Source: a virus
Length of the DNA stretch: 64,000 nucleotides
Direction: 5' to 3' (one strand)
IMG/VR virus record: IMGVR_UViG_3300035181_001203
Coordinates: 32,001-96,000 of that record
The position numbers and the translations under genes are program-made. Below are positions 33,820-44,312 of this stretch, in pieces (the stretch's first letter is position 1; each line of letters begins with the position of its first letter). Under the pieces are notes generated by a model, which saw only the letters and a program-made list of their open reading frames with translations, had not been told where the DNA came from and did not search any database.

Positions 33820-34266
33820 ATGAGCGACGCAAACGATCGTTACAATCTCAAACTGCAAACGTTTGCTAAGATGGCTCTACAAATTGCAGATCTTGGTACT
33901 TGTTGTCGCGCAAAGGTAGGAGCAGTTCTTTTGCGTCGTGATTGGTCTGTTGCAAGCTGTGGGTATAATGGTGCATTAGCTCATATGAGGCATTGCACAC
34001 CAGAAACTTGTAATTCTGAAAACCGCTGTATTCATACTGTTCATGCTGAAGAAAACGCAATTTTCTTTAGTCAGGGCGATATTTATTATGCTTTTATTAC
34101 TCATGAACCTTGCTTAAATTGCACTCGTATGTTAGCGAGACGCGGTGTGAAATATATTTATTTTGTTAAACCATATACTTCGATTCCTGAGAACGAAGCA
34201 CGTGAGCGAACCGAGGTTCTTAAGTATCATGAAATTTTAATGCAGCCAGTAATTATTACCAAATAA
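33820..34266 (+). CDS. dCMP deaminase
   Basis: KVGAVL, GYNG, HAEENAI and PCLNC zinc-deaminase motifs. Confidence 0.93.
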   Translation: MSDANDRYNLKLQTFAKMALQIADLGTCCRAKVGAVLLRRDWSVASCGYNGALAHMRHCTPETCNSENRCIHTVHAEENAIFFSQGDIYYAFITHEPCLNCTRMLARRGVKYIYFVKPYTSIPENEARERTEVLKYHEILMQPVIITK

Positions 34267-34303
34267 TATTCTTTGAATTGTTTAAAGAGTTTAATATATC
34301 ATA

Positions 34304-34636
34304 ATGTCGTCATCGGAGAATAAAATGAAATTTGATAATCTGCAAGCCGAACTGATTCTTAACGATAAGCTTGATCTTCTTTCTGTGCAGCTTGAATTAA
34401 GCTTCCAGGGAGAGAATGTAGAATTGAAGAGGTTAATTGATAATTACTTCCACGGTTGCAAAATAACCACACGTCTAGATACCCCTGAAATTAATCGTGT
34501 AGCTAATAAGGTTCCTCTTACCGATGATGGTAAGGAGTCAATCAAAATTATTGTTAAAGAACTTACTGAACTTGATAAACAATTTGCTGATCGTGCTAAT
34601 TTGGTAGATGAATTCAAAAAGCTCTTAGAAGAATAA
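34304..34636 (+). CDS. Hypothetical protein
   Basis: ORF followed by a long inverted repeat. Confidence 0.6.
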   Translation: MSSSENKMKFDNLQAELILNDKLDLLSVQLELSFQGENVELKRLIDNYFHGCKITTRLDTPEINRVANKVPLTDDGKESIKIIVKELTELDKQFADRANLVDEFKKLLEE

Positions 34637-34646
34637 ATAATGTTTT

Positions 34647-34695
34647 AGATCCCTATGCTTGGTGATAAACAATTATATACCAAGCATAGGGATCT
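34647..34695. terminator. 17-bp perfect inverted repeat (terminator or processing stem)
   Basis: agatccctatgcttggt (34647-34663) / accaagcatagggatct (34679-34695). Confidence 0.65.
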
Positions 34696-34713
34696 TTAAA
34701 TGGTTAGAGGAAG

Positions 34714-34742
34714 TGAAAAAATCATTATTATTTTGTTATAAT
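34714..34742 (+). promoter_or_regulatory. Conserved phage promoter
   Basis: TGAAAA-N17-TATAAT with TG extension. Confidence 0.65.
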
Positions 34743-34798
34743 ATTAATGATTAGACCATTTCTCTTCAACCACAGCCATTTTCTCAAAGGAGAACTAT

Positions 34799-35170
34799 AT
34801 GGCACGTATTCAACTGCATCATTCCATGCAGGAAGCTCTCTTTAAGATGAGTGAAGGAAATCCGGGGGCGCTGACTGTTATGATAAAAATCTTGCAGGAA
34901 GCTCCTAATATTGATAAGTTGGATAATGGATTTAGCACTATCATTGGATTCGATTTACTTGGATTATACGGATCCGAAATTTGGATGTTTTACAAAGATG
35001 TATGTAAAGAAAGTATTGTTCATACAATTGCGGCTATTCGTGGATGGCAATTAGGTCTTCTTACAGAATTGGAAGTACGAAATGGAAATTTCGTTCCTGA
35101 AGTTCTAACAAAGATAATTGAAGAGAAATTTTCGTCTCCGCAAACATCTAAAAATTCTCCACCATCTTAG
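34799..35170 (+). CDS. Conserved phage hypothetical protein
   Basis: AAAGGAG RBS; MSEGNPGAL...LYGSEIWMFYKDVC motifs; terminator at ~35153-35186. Confidence 0.75.
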   Translation: MARIQLHHSMQEALFKMSEGNPGALTVMIKILQEAPNIDKLDNGFSTIIGFDLLGLYGSEIWMFYKDVCKESIVHTIAAIRGWQLGLLTELEVRNGNFVPEVLTKIIEEKFSSPQTSKNSPPS

Positions 35171-35550
35171 AATGGTGGAGTTTTTTAACTCTTAAAGGAG
35201 AGTTAATGTTAATAACAGATTTAAGAGAAATCATTATAAACGAACGTCCTTGCGAGCAGGGATTAGCATGGTTCGATAAAGTTTCAAGAGGCCATGTTAA
35301 TACTACAAGTTTTTTTAAATCCTTAAAAAAGATAAAACATAATAAATCGTCTTTTACACCTCACTGTTATCTTCGTTGGATCTTTTACCATTGTCTAGAT
35401 TGGAGCAATTTTAAAGAATCAACCTCTCGGTCTGTTTTCGGACCTAAATACTATAAATTTATAAAAGAAAAATTTCATGTTACTTTTTTAGTAGATCTTC
35501 CTGTCTCAAAATTGTGTGACGCATTAATTCGCGCTTTTGAGGATTAAATA

Positions 35551-35727
35551 ATGAATATAACTAGAATAGATCTTTTTCATGCACATCTTGATTTGTGTTC
35601 TCAATGCAAGAATAATCCATTCAATCTTTGTTCAATAGGAGCAACTCTTTTACTTCAAGCGTGGAAAAACCCATCAAAGGAGATTAAAAAGAATGCGTCT
35701 AATGTGTCTAATACAAGGAGGTTGTAA
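35551..35727 (+). CDS. Small Cys/His-rich protein (58 aa, absent from track)
   Basis: GAGG RBS; MNITRIDLFHAHLDLCSQCKNNPFNLC... Confidence 0.55.
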   Translation: MNITRIDLFHAHLDLCSQCKNNPFNLCSIGATLLLQAWKNPSKEIKKNASNVSNTRRL

Positions 35728-36801
35728 ATTAGAAACCATTCGAGAAGAATGGTTAAAACCAAAAAACAGTGATGATTATCCATCACTACTTAGATTTAGT
35801 GAATGCATTTATTGTCATGATGTGATAGCAACGATCACTCATCCAAATGATTTCAACTCTCGATGGTCCAAAGCTGGACGAGCATATCATCGAGTATCAG
35901 ATCAAAAAGTAGTGAACGCCTAAATATGTTTACCAAATTCTTTGTCACAGAACAAAAAAATCTTTCCTTCACCGGAGAGATTTTTTTTAAAAATTAAAGG
36001 AAATACATAATGCAACTAGCAGAACGGGAATCAACCCCTGGATGCCCAGAAATTATTGAGTTAAGTGGAAATCATAAATTAGTACTAAGAAAAAAAAGAA
36101 TATATAATTCTATTGAAGATATATATGAATTTCATTGTGGTTTAAATATAGTTTCATTTGAAATCCCAAAAACAGCAATATCTAGTTATTATCACATATG
36201 TCCGTGGTGTCATCTTTTTATAAAAAAATAGGAATAGATACCTATGTCCATTAGCAAACGTTCAATGGGAGTTGAAGGATTTAAATCAGACCCTAGACCT
36301 GAATTAACTTTAGCCCAATTAATGAAATGGTTTTCTGATTATAGTATTACAGAAGATAAATCACACTTTATTATTAATGGCTGTAAACTTAAAAAGATTC
36401 GTATTGATGAAGCGTGTGATCGCAAACGTTATATTGAACAAAACATATAACAAAATTAAAATTGAGAATCTTAATTCATTTAGAGGAACTATGATAAATC
36501 CCTATGAAGAACTTCGTGAGTGTATTGGCAAACTACGCTATGCCAAGAACCGTAGCGAAGAAGAGGTTGTAGAACTCCACGACCGCGCCATCAATGCCAT
36601 AGATGTGATCGCCGCAATCAACCAAAATCTGCCGCTCTCGATTTGTAGTTTTATCGGCCACCGCGTTGATTCTGAGTTGCCGCCCGTAACATTGGAAGTT
36701 TTGCAGGACGGAAAGCGCATCGGTCGCATTGAGAATATCGGCATTCGGTAGCGCCCAACTACTGGTTAGGCGGCAAACACGAAAACGTAACAGGAGAAAT
36801 A

Positions 36802-37047
36802 ATGAAATTCCGAAAGAAGCCAGTTGTGATTGACGCGGAACTCTATGATGGGACAGCCGCAAGCGTGGAACGAGTGATAGAAATGGGAGGAACGCGGGGG
36901 ATTAACAACAGCCCGGAAGGGCTTTACATCGTGACCCTCGAAGGGACGATGAGAGCGGATAAGGGCGATTGGATTATCAAGGGCGTGAAAGGGGAGTTGT
37001 ACCCCTGCAAGCCTGACATTTTCGAGGCAACATACGAAGAAGCCTGA
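36802..37047 (+). CDS. Widespread small phage protein (RKKPVVI...TLEG...YPCKPDIF family)
   Basis: Characteristic motifs, CAGGAG RBS, GC-rich codons. Confidence 0.8.
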   Translation: MKFRKKPVVIDAELYDGTAASVERVIEMGGTRGINNSPEGLYIVTLEGTMRADKGDWIIKGVKGELYPCKPDIFEATYEEA

Positions 37048-37053
37048 CGGCAT

Positions 37054-37128
37054 GCATAACCGGCTCGATAGCCGAGCCGGACATTCAAATAATATGGACC
37101 ACAGCGGCTATCGGGTCCGAATTGATGC
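37054..37128 (+). other. attC-like imperfect palindrome
   Basis: GCATAAC (RYYYAAC-like), then ctcgatagccg...cggctatcgg, ending ttgatgc, right after a stop codon. Confidence 0.4.
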
Positions 37129-37140
37129 AGGAGTAGGCAG

Positions 37141-39384
37141 ATGTGGATGGAGATGGAATACCAGGGGAAGACCTATAAAACGAAGGTAAATGAGAAAATT
37201 ACCCAAGACAAGATGGTGAAAGAACTCTACGATAACTTCTCGAATATGGATATTCTTCAAATGGAGCTTGAAGACGGTTCAATCATCGTTATTGGTAAGG
37301 GCGTCCTGCAATCGGCGGTTATCAGAATCTATGCCTAATAACCAGCTAATCGGTCATTTGGCCAGGAGGGACGAACTGTGAACCAAAAAAATGAACAGGC
37401 ACAAGGGTCTGAGTTAAGTAATGGATTGAGCGCATTTGGAAATGCTGGGGCGACTTGCGAGAAACCAAAATTTTATTCCGGAGTCGGTAAAGTGAAGTTT
37501 CGATCTGAGCCTAAAAACATAGTAGTATCCTTGCCAATGAGTATTTGGCATCAGGTTGAGATCTTCGAGGATGGGACTGAGCGCCATTCAATCGAGCATC
37601 CTTTGCACGGCATTTTTATTGGTAAGACGTTATCAGAAGCACTACACAATGCAACCACTTCAACCGTAGCGTCTAACAATATAGACAAGAACAATGAAGA
37701 TTGGGTCCGAATGATAAATTCTTAATATTTAATCCCAATTGTCGCTGCGGTTATTCTTCATGGATGAATTTTATTAGGAATGTGATTTCAGATGCTCAAC
37801 CAAGAAAAAATAATCTTAACTAAAGATTGGCTAAAAGCTAAATTAAAGAAGTCAAAAAAGCAACGTATTAAAGATGAGAAAAGAAGAAAGATTAGCCATA
37901 ATAAATGGGCTAAGAAACTTATTCGACGTTATCAATCTGAAAATAAAGGTCAAAATCCGCTGCCTTTAATTCCAGATAATACTCCTTATTGCTATCATTA
38001 TATTTCATTCAATTATGATAAAGATACAGACAAACCAATTATCAAAACAGTTTTATGTCCTTTTTGGTATGCAATTGAAATTCCAGATGATGAATTGGAT
38101 GACTGTATTGGCATTGTAGCAGAAAATCAAACTCATATCGGTGGCTGTAAGCTTTTAAAGGAAACCGATAATGATATGGGTGGATGGGGATTACTTTGGG
38201 ATCAGTGTAAAGAATGTGGTCTTAAAGATGAGCGATGAAACTAACAATTAAGCATTTAGCGGATAGAGATATTTTTATGATTCAAATTAAAGATAATAGG
38301 TTTTATGGTCCTAATATGCTTAGACCTACAAATCTTTAGTAAAGAAAAATTAAATCAATTTAAGGAGACTATTAGTAATGTTCAAACAGATTTTTAGTCC
38401 TACAGTCACAAAAATAGATTCAGAACCAAAAAATCTTTTAATTATCTATGATGAAGATAATAAGGAAAAAGATCGTGTGCCATTACCTGCAAAATTTAAT
38501 AATTTTTTAAGTGGTCACATAACAACAGAACTTTGTGAATTTATTAATTTTTGCAATAATATTATACATGAAAAACTAATTCTTATATATATTGATAAAG
38601 ATGAAAATCCTAATATTATAGCTATTTTAAAAACGTTAGAATGTGTTGATACCGGAAGAAATCTTCCAATTAATACAACAAGCAAGCTTCCAGCAGGTTG
38701 TAGTTTGGTTCTTTTGTATAAAAATGATGTTGAAGTACATGTCTATTGAAAAAGAACATATAAATAATATCATTAAAGAAATAACTAAAGTTATCTTACC
38801 ATGCCCTAATAATATTAAGAAAATTGAAGATAAAGTTAATGAAATTCTTTTAGAAAGAATGTCTTATCATAAAAAATTTAATATTCAAGTTTCATTAGAA
38901 TATCATGAAGATTGTCAGATATTGGTGACTGGTGTAAAGTTATATAAAGATGGTGTAGAAGTAGAAATTCCACAGGAGCTAAAATATGGGAAGGCATGAA
39001 GAACTTCTTAAGTCTTTTGAAATTCTAAAAACATTCAAACCTGAACATACTTCAGTTACTATTAATGGAGTTACTGCAAATAGTAGCGAAGTTGAAGTAG
39101 AAATTCTTAATGAAGATCCAGATTTTAATGGACCTGACGAATATGCTTCTGTTGTTGAAACATTTGATTTTGATGCAGATATTAGTGTTGAGGATGTCGG
39201 TATTGGAGCTTATGAATTTTGGGGATTTAAAGGCGTTGATTCCCATCTGCAATATGAAGTAAATAGTTTAAAACTTACTGATGAATGGCCTGAAGAATTA
39301 AAATGGTTAGCTGAAATTATTGAAGAACAAATCTATGATAGTATTACTGAATTACGTGTTCATGATACTAGAGATTTTTACTAG
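37141..39384 (+). other. Six small hypothetical genes
   Basis: 37141..37338, 37378..37725, 37792..38238, 38378..38749, 38643..38999, 38986..39384. Confidence 0.65.
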
Positions 39385-39419
39385 TTCTTATGTTATACTA
39401 GCTTAGTAGAGGAAGTTTT

Positions 39420-39962
39420 ATGGAAACTCTAAGCTTTGAAGAGTTAAAACCAGGGGATGTTCTTTTATTTGAGGATTCTCCATACTTTAGCTATTCATTA
39501 TATAAGTTTTTACTAAGATCTAAATATCAAAGTTGTGCTTTAGTTGATACATTTAAATATGGTTATTACTGGATAATTGGAATGGGTGGTTTAAATTCTT
39601 GTGTTGATAATTCTTATACCTTAAAAGATATTGAGCAAAAATATAAGAAAATTCATGTAGCTAGAAATAAAAATATTAATTATAAAAGCCAAAAAACTTC
39701 TGTATTGCTTGATAAAAAATTTTCTTTAAGTATTTATTTTAATTTATTAATTAATAAATTATTAATTAAATATGTTAATAAAAATCATAAATTCAAAAAA
39801 TATTTTAATTCAAGTGATGATTGGACGGCTCCCTCGTTAGTTGCATATATCTTATCTTTTCATTCAAATGCTAGGATAACAGAATATTATGAATTTATTG
39901 ATCCAGATTATTTTTTAAATAATAAAGATTGGGAAATCTATCAATATAAGGGGCAATCTTGA
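39420..39962 (+). CDS. Permuted papain-like (YiiX/NlpC-P60-like) protein, catalytic residues apparently lost
   Basis: LKPGDVLLF start and IDPDYF end; YQSCAL and TAPSLVAY lie where His and CSELV are expected. Confidence 0.4.
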   Translation: METLSFEELKPGDVLLFEDSPYFSYSLYKFLLRSKYQSCALVDTFKYGYYWIIGMGGLNSCVDNSYTLKDIEQKYKKIHVARNKNINYKSQKTSVLLDKKFSLSIYFNLLINKLLIKYVNKNHKFKKYFNSSDDWTAPSLVAYILSFHSNARITEYYEFIDPDYFLNNKDWEIYQYKGQS

Positions 39963-40537
39963 TTAACGGAATTGGTTTTATAGGTAAGATGCGTAGCGGT
40001 AAAGATGAAGCTGCTACGTATATTAAAAATGTTTATGGTGGAAGGATTTTAAAATTTGCCGATCCTTTGTACGAAATAGAAGCAGCAATCTTTAACATTG
40101 TCGGAGTTCCTATTCCAGAAGATAAGGCTAAACGAAGGAGACTTCTCCAGTTTATCGGTACCGAATGGGGCAGACAAACTATTGATGATAATATTTGGGC
40201 AAATATTATGGATAATAAACTATCAAATCTTGATTTATTATCATATCCAGTTTTAAACCTTGTTACTGACGTTAGATTTCCTAATGAAATAGAAGTATTA
40301 CGAAAGCATAATTTTAAAATCATTCGTATTCACAGACCTGAATCATTTAGAATTATGGCTGGTGCTACTAATATAGATCATCCATCTGAAACTAGTTTAG
40401 ATAATTATAATGATTGTGATGCTGAAATTTTTAATAATGTAAATTCACTTGAATCATACCACAAAACGGTGAATGAAGTATTTACATCTATTCAAAATGA
40501 GACTCTAGTAAAAGGAATGCGTTATGTTACAAGTTAA
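39959..40537 (+). CDS. Deoxynucleoside monophosphate kinase
   Basis: GKMRSGKD P-loop, FADPL, RRLLQFIGTEWGR, TDVRFPNE, HPSE. Confidence 0.92.
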   Translation: MINGIGFIGKMRSGKDEAATYIKNVYGGRILKFADPLYEIEAAIFNIVGVPIPEDKAKRRRLLQFIGTEWGRQTIDDNIWANIMDNKLSNLDLLSYPVLNLVTDVRFPNEIEVLRKHNFKIIRIHRPESFRIMAGATNIDHPSETSLDNYNDCDAEIFNNVNSLESYHKTVNEVFTSIQNETLVKGMRYVTS

Positions 40538-40623
40538 CACGCTCTGCAAAACAATTAATCTAGCAGGCAAAAAGATCGTAATATGAGTATATTTTATAGG
40601 TTTTATTTTCTGTAAAAAATATA

Positions 40624-41067
40624 ATGCCATGCTATATTAACAACAAAATAATTTTTGTAGAACTGCGGAGTTTAATTGTGACAAACCAAATTAATTTAGA
40701 TCTATACAATGAAATAAGAGAAAAATTAGCTATTGCTGTAGAAACTCAACTTTTATTATTTCTTGATGATGATCAATTAGATTTTTCAGTCAGGTCTGTA
40801 TATAATGACGTAGAAAGATTAAGGGATAAATCCCCTGGATGTGATCTTAATTTTTATACTTCGATTGAAAATGGAACTTTATTCATAGCAGTTTATAGTA
40901 CAATATTTGATATATCATGTTTAATAGAAGAAGAAAGGATTATAAAAAGTACATTAGCTATTTATAATTTTATGGTAAATCAACTAGCAAGAAAGTCTAA
41001 TTTAAACACTCCTATAAAAACAAAAACCTATATGCAAGATAATAAGATTATTACAGAATTCCTGTAA
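40624..41067 (+). CDS. Hypothetical protein
   Basis: ORF followed by a terminator at ~41090-41114. Confidence 0.55.
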   Translation: MPCYINNKIIFVELRSLIVTNQINLDLYNEIREKLAIAVETQLLLFLDDDQLDFSVRSVYNDVERLRDKSPGCDLNFYTSIENGTLFIAVYSTIFDISCLIEEERIIKSTLAIYNFMVNQLARKSNLNTPIKTKTYMQDNKIITEFL

Positions 41068-41125
41068 ATAATCATTCACCTGAAATTTTAAGCCCTCTAA
41101 ATGAGGGCTTTTTTATTGGTGTAAA

Positions 41126-41623
41126 ATGGCTGAGAAGTATGAAGTTGTAAACAATAATACAAAAGAAGTTGTTCGTTATGATGATAGAGGTTTAATTATT
41201 TTTATTAAAACTGTATTTCCTGAAGGTAATACAAAATTTTGGAATTATCTTTATACTAAACGTTTGAAAAATTCACGCATTCCATATGTTAATGGAATTT
41301 TTACAATTACTTGTTTAAACAATAAAATTAAAAAGCATAAAAATTTAAATTTTGCTTCTAAATTTAATCTTGAACCTAATGAGAATCCAAACGCTTGCAG
41401 TAAAAAACGTTATAATCAATGGACAATATTTAATAAAAATACGGGTATGTATGAAACTTTCCATAATCTTGCAGCATTAGCAAGGTCTTTAAATTTAAAG
41501 TACGCTTGGTTATATTCTAATATTAGATATAAGACTTCTTTTGAACTTAAGGATTATATTTTTACTTTTAATACTACTTTAGAGAGTGAATATTATAAGG
41601 AAAAGTTGCAAAAGCTTGTATGA
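41126..41623 (+). CDS. Putative NUMOD1/HTH-like DNA-binding protein
   Basis: ETFHNLAALARSLNLKY..LYSNI segment. Confidence 0.3.
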   Translation: MAEKYEVVNNNTKEVVRYDDRGLIIFIKTVFPEGNTKFWNYLYTKRLKNSRIPYVNGIFTITCLNNKIKKHKNLNFASKFNLEPNENPNACSKKRYNQWTIFNKNTGMYETFHNLAALARSLNLKYAWLYSNIRYKTSFELKDYIFTFNTTLESEYYKEKLQKLV

Positions 41624-41635
41624 ATTCGTTATAAT
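41607..41635 (+). promoter_or_regulatory. Conserved phage promoter with 5' hairpin leader
   Basis: TGCAAA-N17-TATAAT-ATATATGG, then ggtggagag-aatagt-ctttctac. Confidence 0.75.
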
Positions 41636-41707
41636 ATATATGGTGGAGAGAATAGTCTTTCTACACAACGACCCTCAAAAGAGGGCTTTCATGAAAGGAG
41701 TATTCCA

Positions 41708-42031
41708 ATGCTCATGAAGTTCAACAAGGCCGAAATCTGCTCCTTGCTTGGAACAGAGGTGGTAAGCCTCAAAGAATTCAGAGGGATCGAATGGGCACAG
41801 GACGGTATGGTCCTACGGACCAGTCGTAACGTTTTCATGAACAGGCTCATTGTCAAAATTACTTGGCCGTGTGAATCGGCCAAGCATGCCACCAATCGGG
41901 AGCGTTTGATGATGGCAGTAACATATCTCTTCGCCCAGTGTGACGAAAGGTATGTTAAGGCTGTCATGGCAAAGAAAGCAAAGACTTCTGCTTCTGCCGC
42001 CGCGCCCACGCCTGAACCTGCCAACGCCTAG
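41708..42031 (+). CDS. Hypothetical early protein in a stand-alone GC-richer cassette
   Basis: AAAGGAG RBS, own promoter, terminator at 42052-42080. Confidence 0.75.
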   Translation: MLMKFNKAEICSLLGTEVVSLKEFRGIEWAQDGMVLRTSRNVFMNRLIVKITWPCESAKHATNRERLMMAVTYLFAQCDERYVKAVMAKKAKTSASAAAPTPEPANA

Positions 42032-42171
42032 CACTAACCGTTCAACATAGAAAAAGCCCGGATACTACATCGGGCTTTTTCTTTTGCTATTATATTTAAC
42101 CATAACCGCCTCTCTTTTTTAACTATGCAAAAATCATTAAAGCGAAATCTAAAAATCTAGCTTTTTCAGAC

Positions 42172-42203
42172 AAAAAAATGCCCCATCGTAGGGGCATTTT
42201 TTT
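42172..42203. terminator. Bidirectional intrinsic terminator between convergent operons
   Basis: aaaaaaatgcccc-atcgta-ggggcattttttt. Confidence 0.85.
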
Positions 42204-42221
42204 AACTTTTTCTTCTTTTAA

Positions 42222-42563
42222 CTATTCTACTTTCTTTTTAAATCCACCATATGAAATTGCGGGTTCTACTGTTGAAAGAATACCGCCATAAATAGCACCT
42301 TGCCCTAAACCATGTTTAGCGGCTTTACCAATAGCTGCCCTTGTTCCATTAGTATTATTTTTAAATGATGATAGACCACGCTTAAATGCGCCACTTTCAC
42401 CACCGCCAATTTCCCGTAATTTATTAAACGAAGCTAGGCCAGCATCAGCCGCAGCTAAACCGCCAGTCAAAGCTACACCACTAGCAATAATTGGATGACG
42501 TTTAGCCCAACCAACAATACCAGTTTTCTGTTGTTGTTCTACTGCTAATTTAATTAAACTCAT
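42222..42563 (-). CDS. SLIKLA-leader protein with glycine-rich hydrophobic segments
   Basis: MSLIKLAVEQ...; IIASGVALTGGLAAA. Confidence 0.8.
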   Translation of the reverse strand: MSLIKLAVEQQQKTGIVGWAKRHPIIASGVALTGGLAAADAGLASFNKLREIGGGESGAFKRGLSSFKNNTNGTRAAIGKAAKHGLGQGAIYGGILSTVEPAISYGGFKKKVE

Positions 42564-42754
42564 TTTTTACGTTCCTTATGGTATAGATGAGTACCAATAC
42601 CAAGGCCGGTTAATCCACCTATACCTAATAACATTTTACCTTTATGCCTATTAAGAAAACTTTTTGCTTTCATAGGCACAAATGTTGGAACAGCATTTTT
42701 AAGCCTCTCTGCGGCCTGTTCCATATCTTTACTTGCTAATTTAATGAGACTCAT
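42560..42754 (-). CDS. SLIKLA-leader protein with a C-terminal Gly-rich helix (start corrected from 42820)
   Basis: MSLIKLASKD...MLLGIGGLTGLGIGTHLYH. Confidence 0.75.
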   Translation of the reverse strand: MSLIKLASKDMEQAAERLKNAVPTFVPMKAKSFLNRHKGKMLLGIGGLTGLGIGTHLYHKERKK

Positions 42755-43034
42755 TTTTATGATCCTTATATTTTTTAGCTGCATAAGCAGCAATGCCAGT
42801 AATAATACTACCCACTCCAATTCTTTTAACCATTTTTCTTGCTTTTTCTTTTTTTATTTTTTGAATCATACTCTTATATCTACCTTGTGCTTTTTTAGCA
42901 TGTTTATTAGAATTTAATAAAGCAATAAAATCATCAGGATCTTTACCTCTCATATAATGCATTTGTGATCTTGCAAGCACAGCATCATCACTAAGAGGTT
43001 TTTTATTATAAGCTGCAATTTTTATTAAGCCCAT
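42741..43034 (-). CDS. SLIKLA-leader basic protein
   Basis: MGLIKIAAY...IGVGSIITGIAAYAAKK. Confidence 0.75.
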   Translation of the reverse strand: MGLIKIAAYNKKPLSDDAVLARSQMHYMRGKDPDDFIALLNSNKHAKKAQGRYKSMIQKIKKEKARKMVKRIGVGSIITGIAAYAAKKYKDHKNESH

Positions 43035-43885
43035 TTTAATCTCTGCATTATCATAGCTAATTTTTCAAACCAAGGACTATTTGAAATACTTTCCCAATCT
43101 GTAGAAAGTTTTTTAAATTTCTCAGTATTACCACCAGGCATATCTGGATGATATTTTTTAGCTGCATCTTTATAAATTTTCTTTGCCTGAGCTTTTGTAG
43201 TAATCTTAGTATGATCTATACCGCCATATTCTTTAAAGAAAGATGCATGATCAGCAGTTGGTCTAGTTGGGGGAGGCGGGGGAGGACGATAGCCACTACC
43301 TCTTGAACTGCTATTTTCAAATCTTTTAAAGAAATCATCATAGAAATCATTGTGCTTGCTTGACCAACCATTTCCAAAACTGCTACGCTGATTAGATCTC
43401 TCACGCCGAAAGTTATTAGATTTTCTTATAAGATTTTTCAATCGCTTCTTATTTTCGTCAAATTTTCCAGCCTTAATTCCACCAACCGTTCCACCAATCG
43501 TTCCACCAACAGCAGCACCAATTAAAGATCTTTTTAACACACTTGCTCCTGGTTTTTTAACCGCTCTACCATTTTTCCATTCAATATTTCCATAAATATC
43601 TGTTTTGTATGCAGTTTTAGCACCAACACTAGCACCACTAAGAGCGCCAATACTTGCCATAGTTCCTACAAATCCTTTATTTCTTTGAACTGGCCTAATC
43701 ATTTGTTTAAAATTCATCGCAGCTAATTTAACAATGTTCTTAGCCTTTTTAATTCCAGTAGCAATAGCTAGTCCTTCTGGTGATCCAGATTTACGCATAG
43801 CTTCAGCTATATGTATAGCCTTTTCTCTAATTTTAGGATCTAAATTTTTCATTGAATTCGGATAATCATCTTTAGACCAAGGCAT
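43025..43885 (-). CDS. Membrane-anchored J-domain protein with YdaT/DUF2188-like N-terminus
   Basis: MPWSKDDYPNSMKNL..IREKAI N-terminus, two Gly-zipper segments, C-terminal YKDAAKKYHPD..GG..EKFK.L (HPD). Confidence 0.8.
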   Translation of the reverse strand: MPWSKDDYPNSMKNLDPKIREKAIHIAEAMRKSGSPEGLAIATGIKKAKNIVKLAAMNFKQMIRPVQRNKGFVGTMASIGALSGASVGAKTAYKTDIYGNIEWKNGRAVKKPGASVLKRSLIGAAVGGTIGGTVGGIKAGKFDENKKRLKNLIRKSNNFRRERSNQRSSFGNGWSSKHNDFYDDFFKRFENSSSRGSGYRPPPPPPTRPTADHASFFKEYGGIDHTKITTKAQAKKIYKDAAKKYHPDMPGGNTEKFKKLSTDWESISNSPWFEKLAMIMQRLKWA

Positions 43886-43951
43886 ATTATCCTCTTACAA
43901 ATTTAGAACATTCAATATTAGATTTTAATATTTTAGCATTGCTCGTTAAAC

Positions 43952-44146
43952 TCATTTATGTTTCCATCCTCTAGAGACTTTAGCAAAGTTAAGTTTACGA
44001 CGAATAGCTGGATCGGTTACAGTTTTTAATTTTTCTTCAATAAGACTAATAGGAATGGGTTCTCCTTTAGGAATGCCTAAATATTCGTGAAGGCTTCCTT
44101 CATGAGATTTTTTAATTTCAATAGAGGCTAATTTGATTAGGTTCAT
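43952..44146 (-). CDS. SLIKLA-leader small protein
   Basis: MNLIKLASIEIKKSHEGSLHEYLGIPKGEPIP... Confidence 0.75.
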   Translation of the reverse strand: MNLIKLASIEIKKSHEGSLHEYLGIPKGEPIPISLIEEKLKTVTDPAIRRKLNFAKVSRGWKHK

Positions 44147-44187
44147 TTATTATCCTCGTTTTTCTTAATTCTATAAGCAATTGCAAA

Positions 44188-44310
44188 TTATTGCAGCACC
44201 ATTTTAATTTTAGTGGCAATAGCCATACCTTCATCACAAGCTTCAACGATTCTATTTGCAATTGCGATAGCTTTACGTTGAATTTTAGGATGAAGGTATT
44301 TTACAAGGTA
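44188..44310 (-). pseudogene. Start-less remnant resembling the N-terminus of the J-domain protein
   Basis: YLVKYLHPKIQRKAIAIANRIVEACDEGMAIATKIK vs MKNLDPKIREKAIHIAEAMRKSGSPEGLAIATGIK. Confidence 0.6.
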
Positions 44311-44312
44311 TT

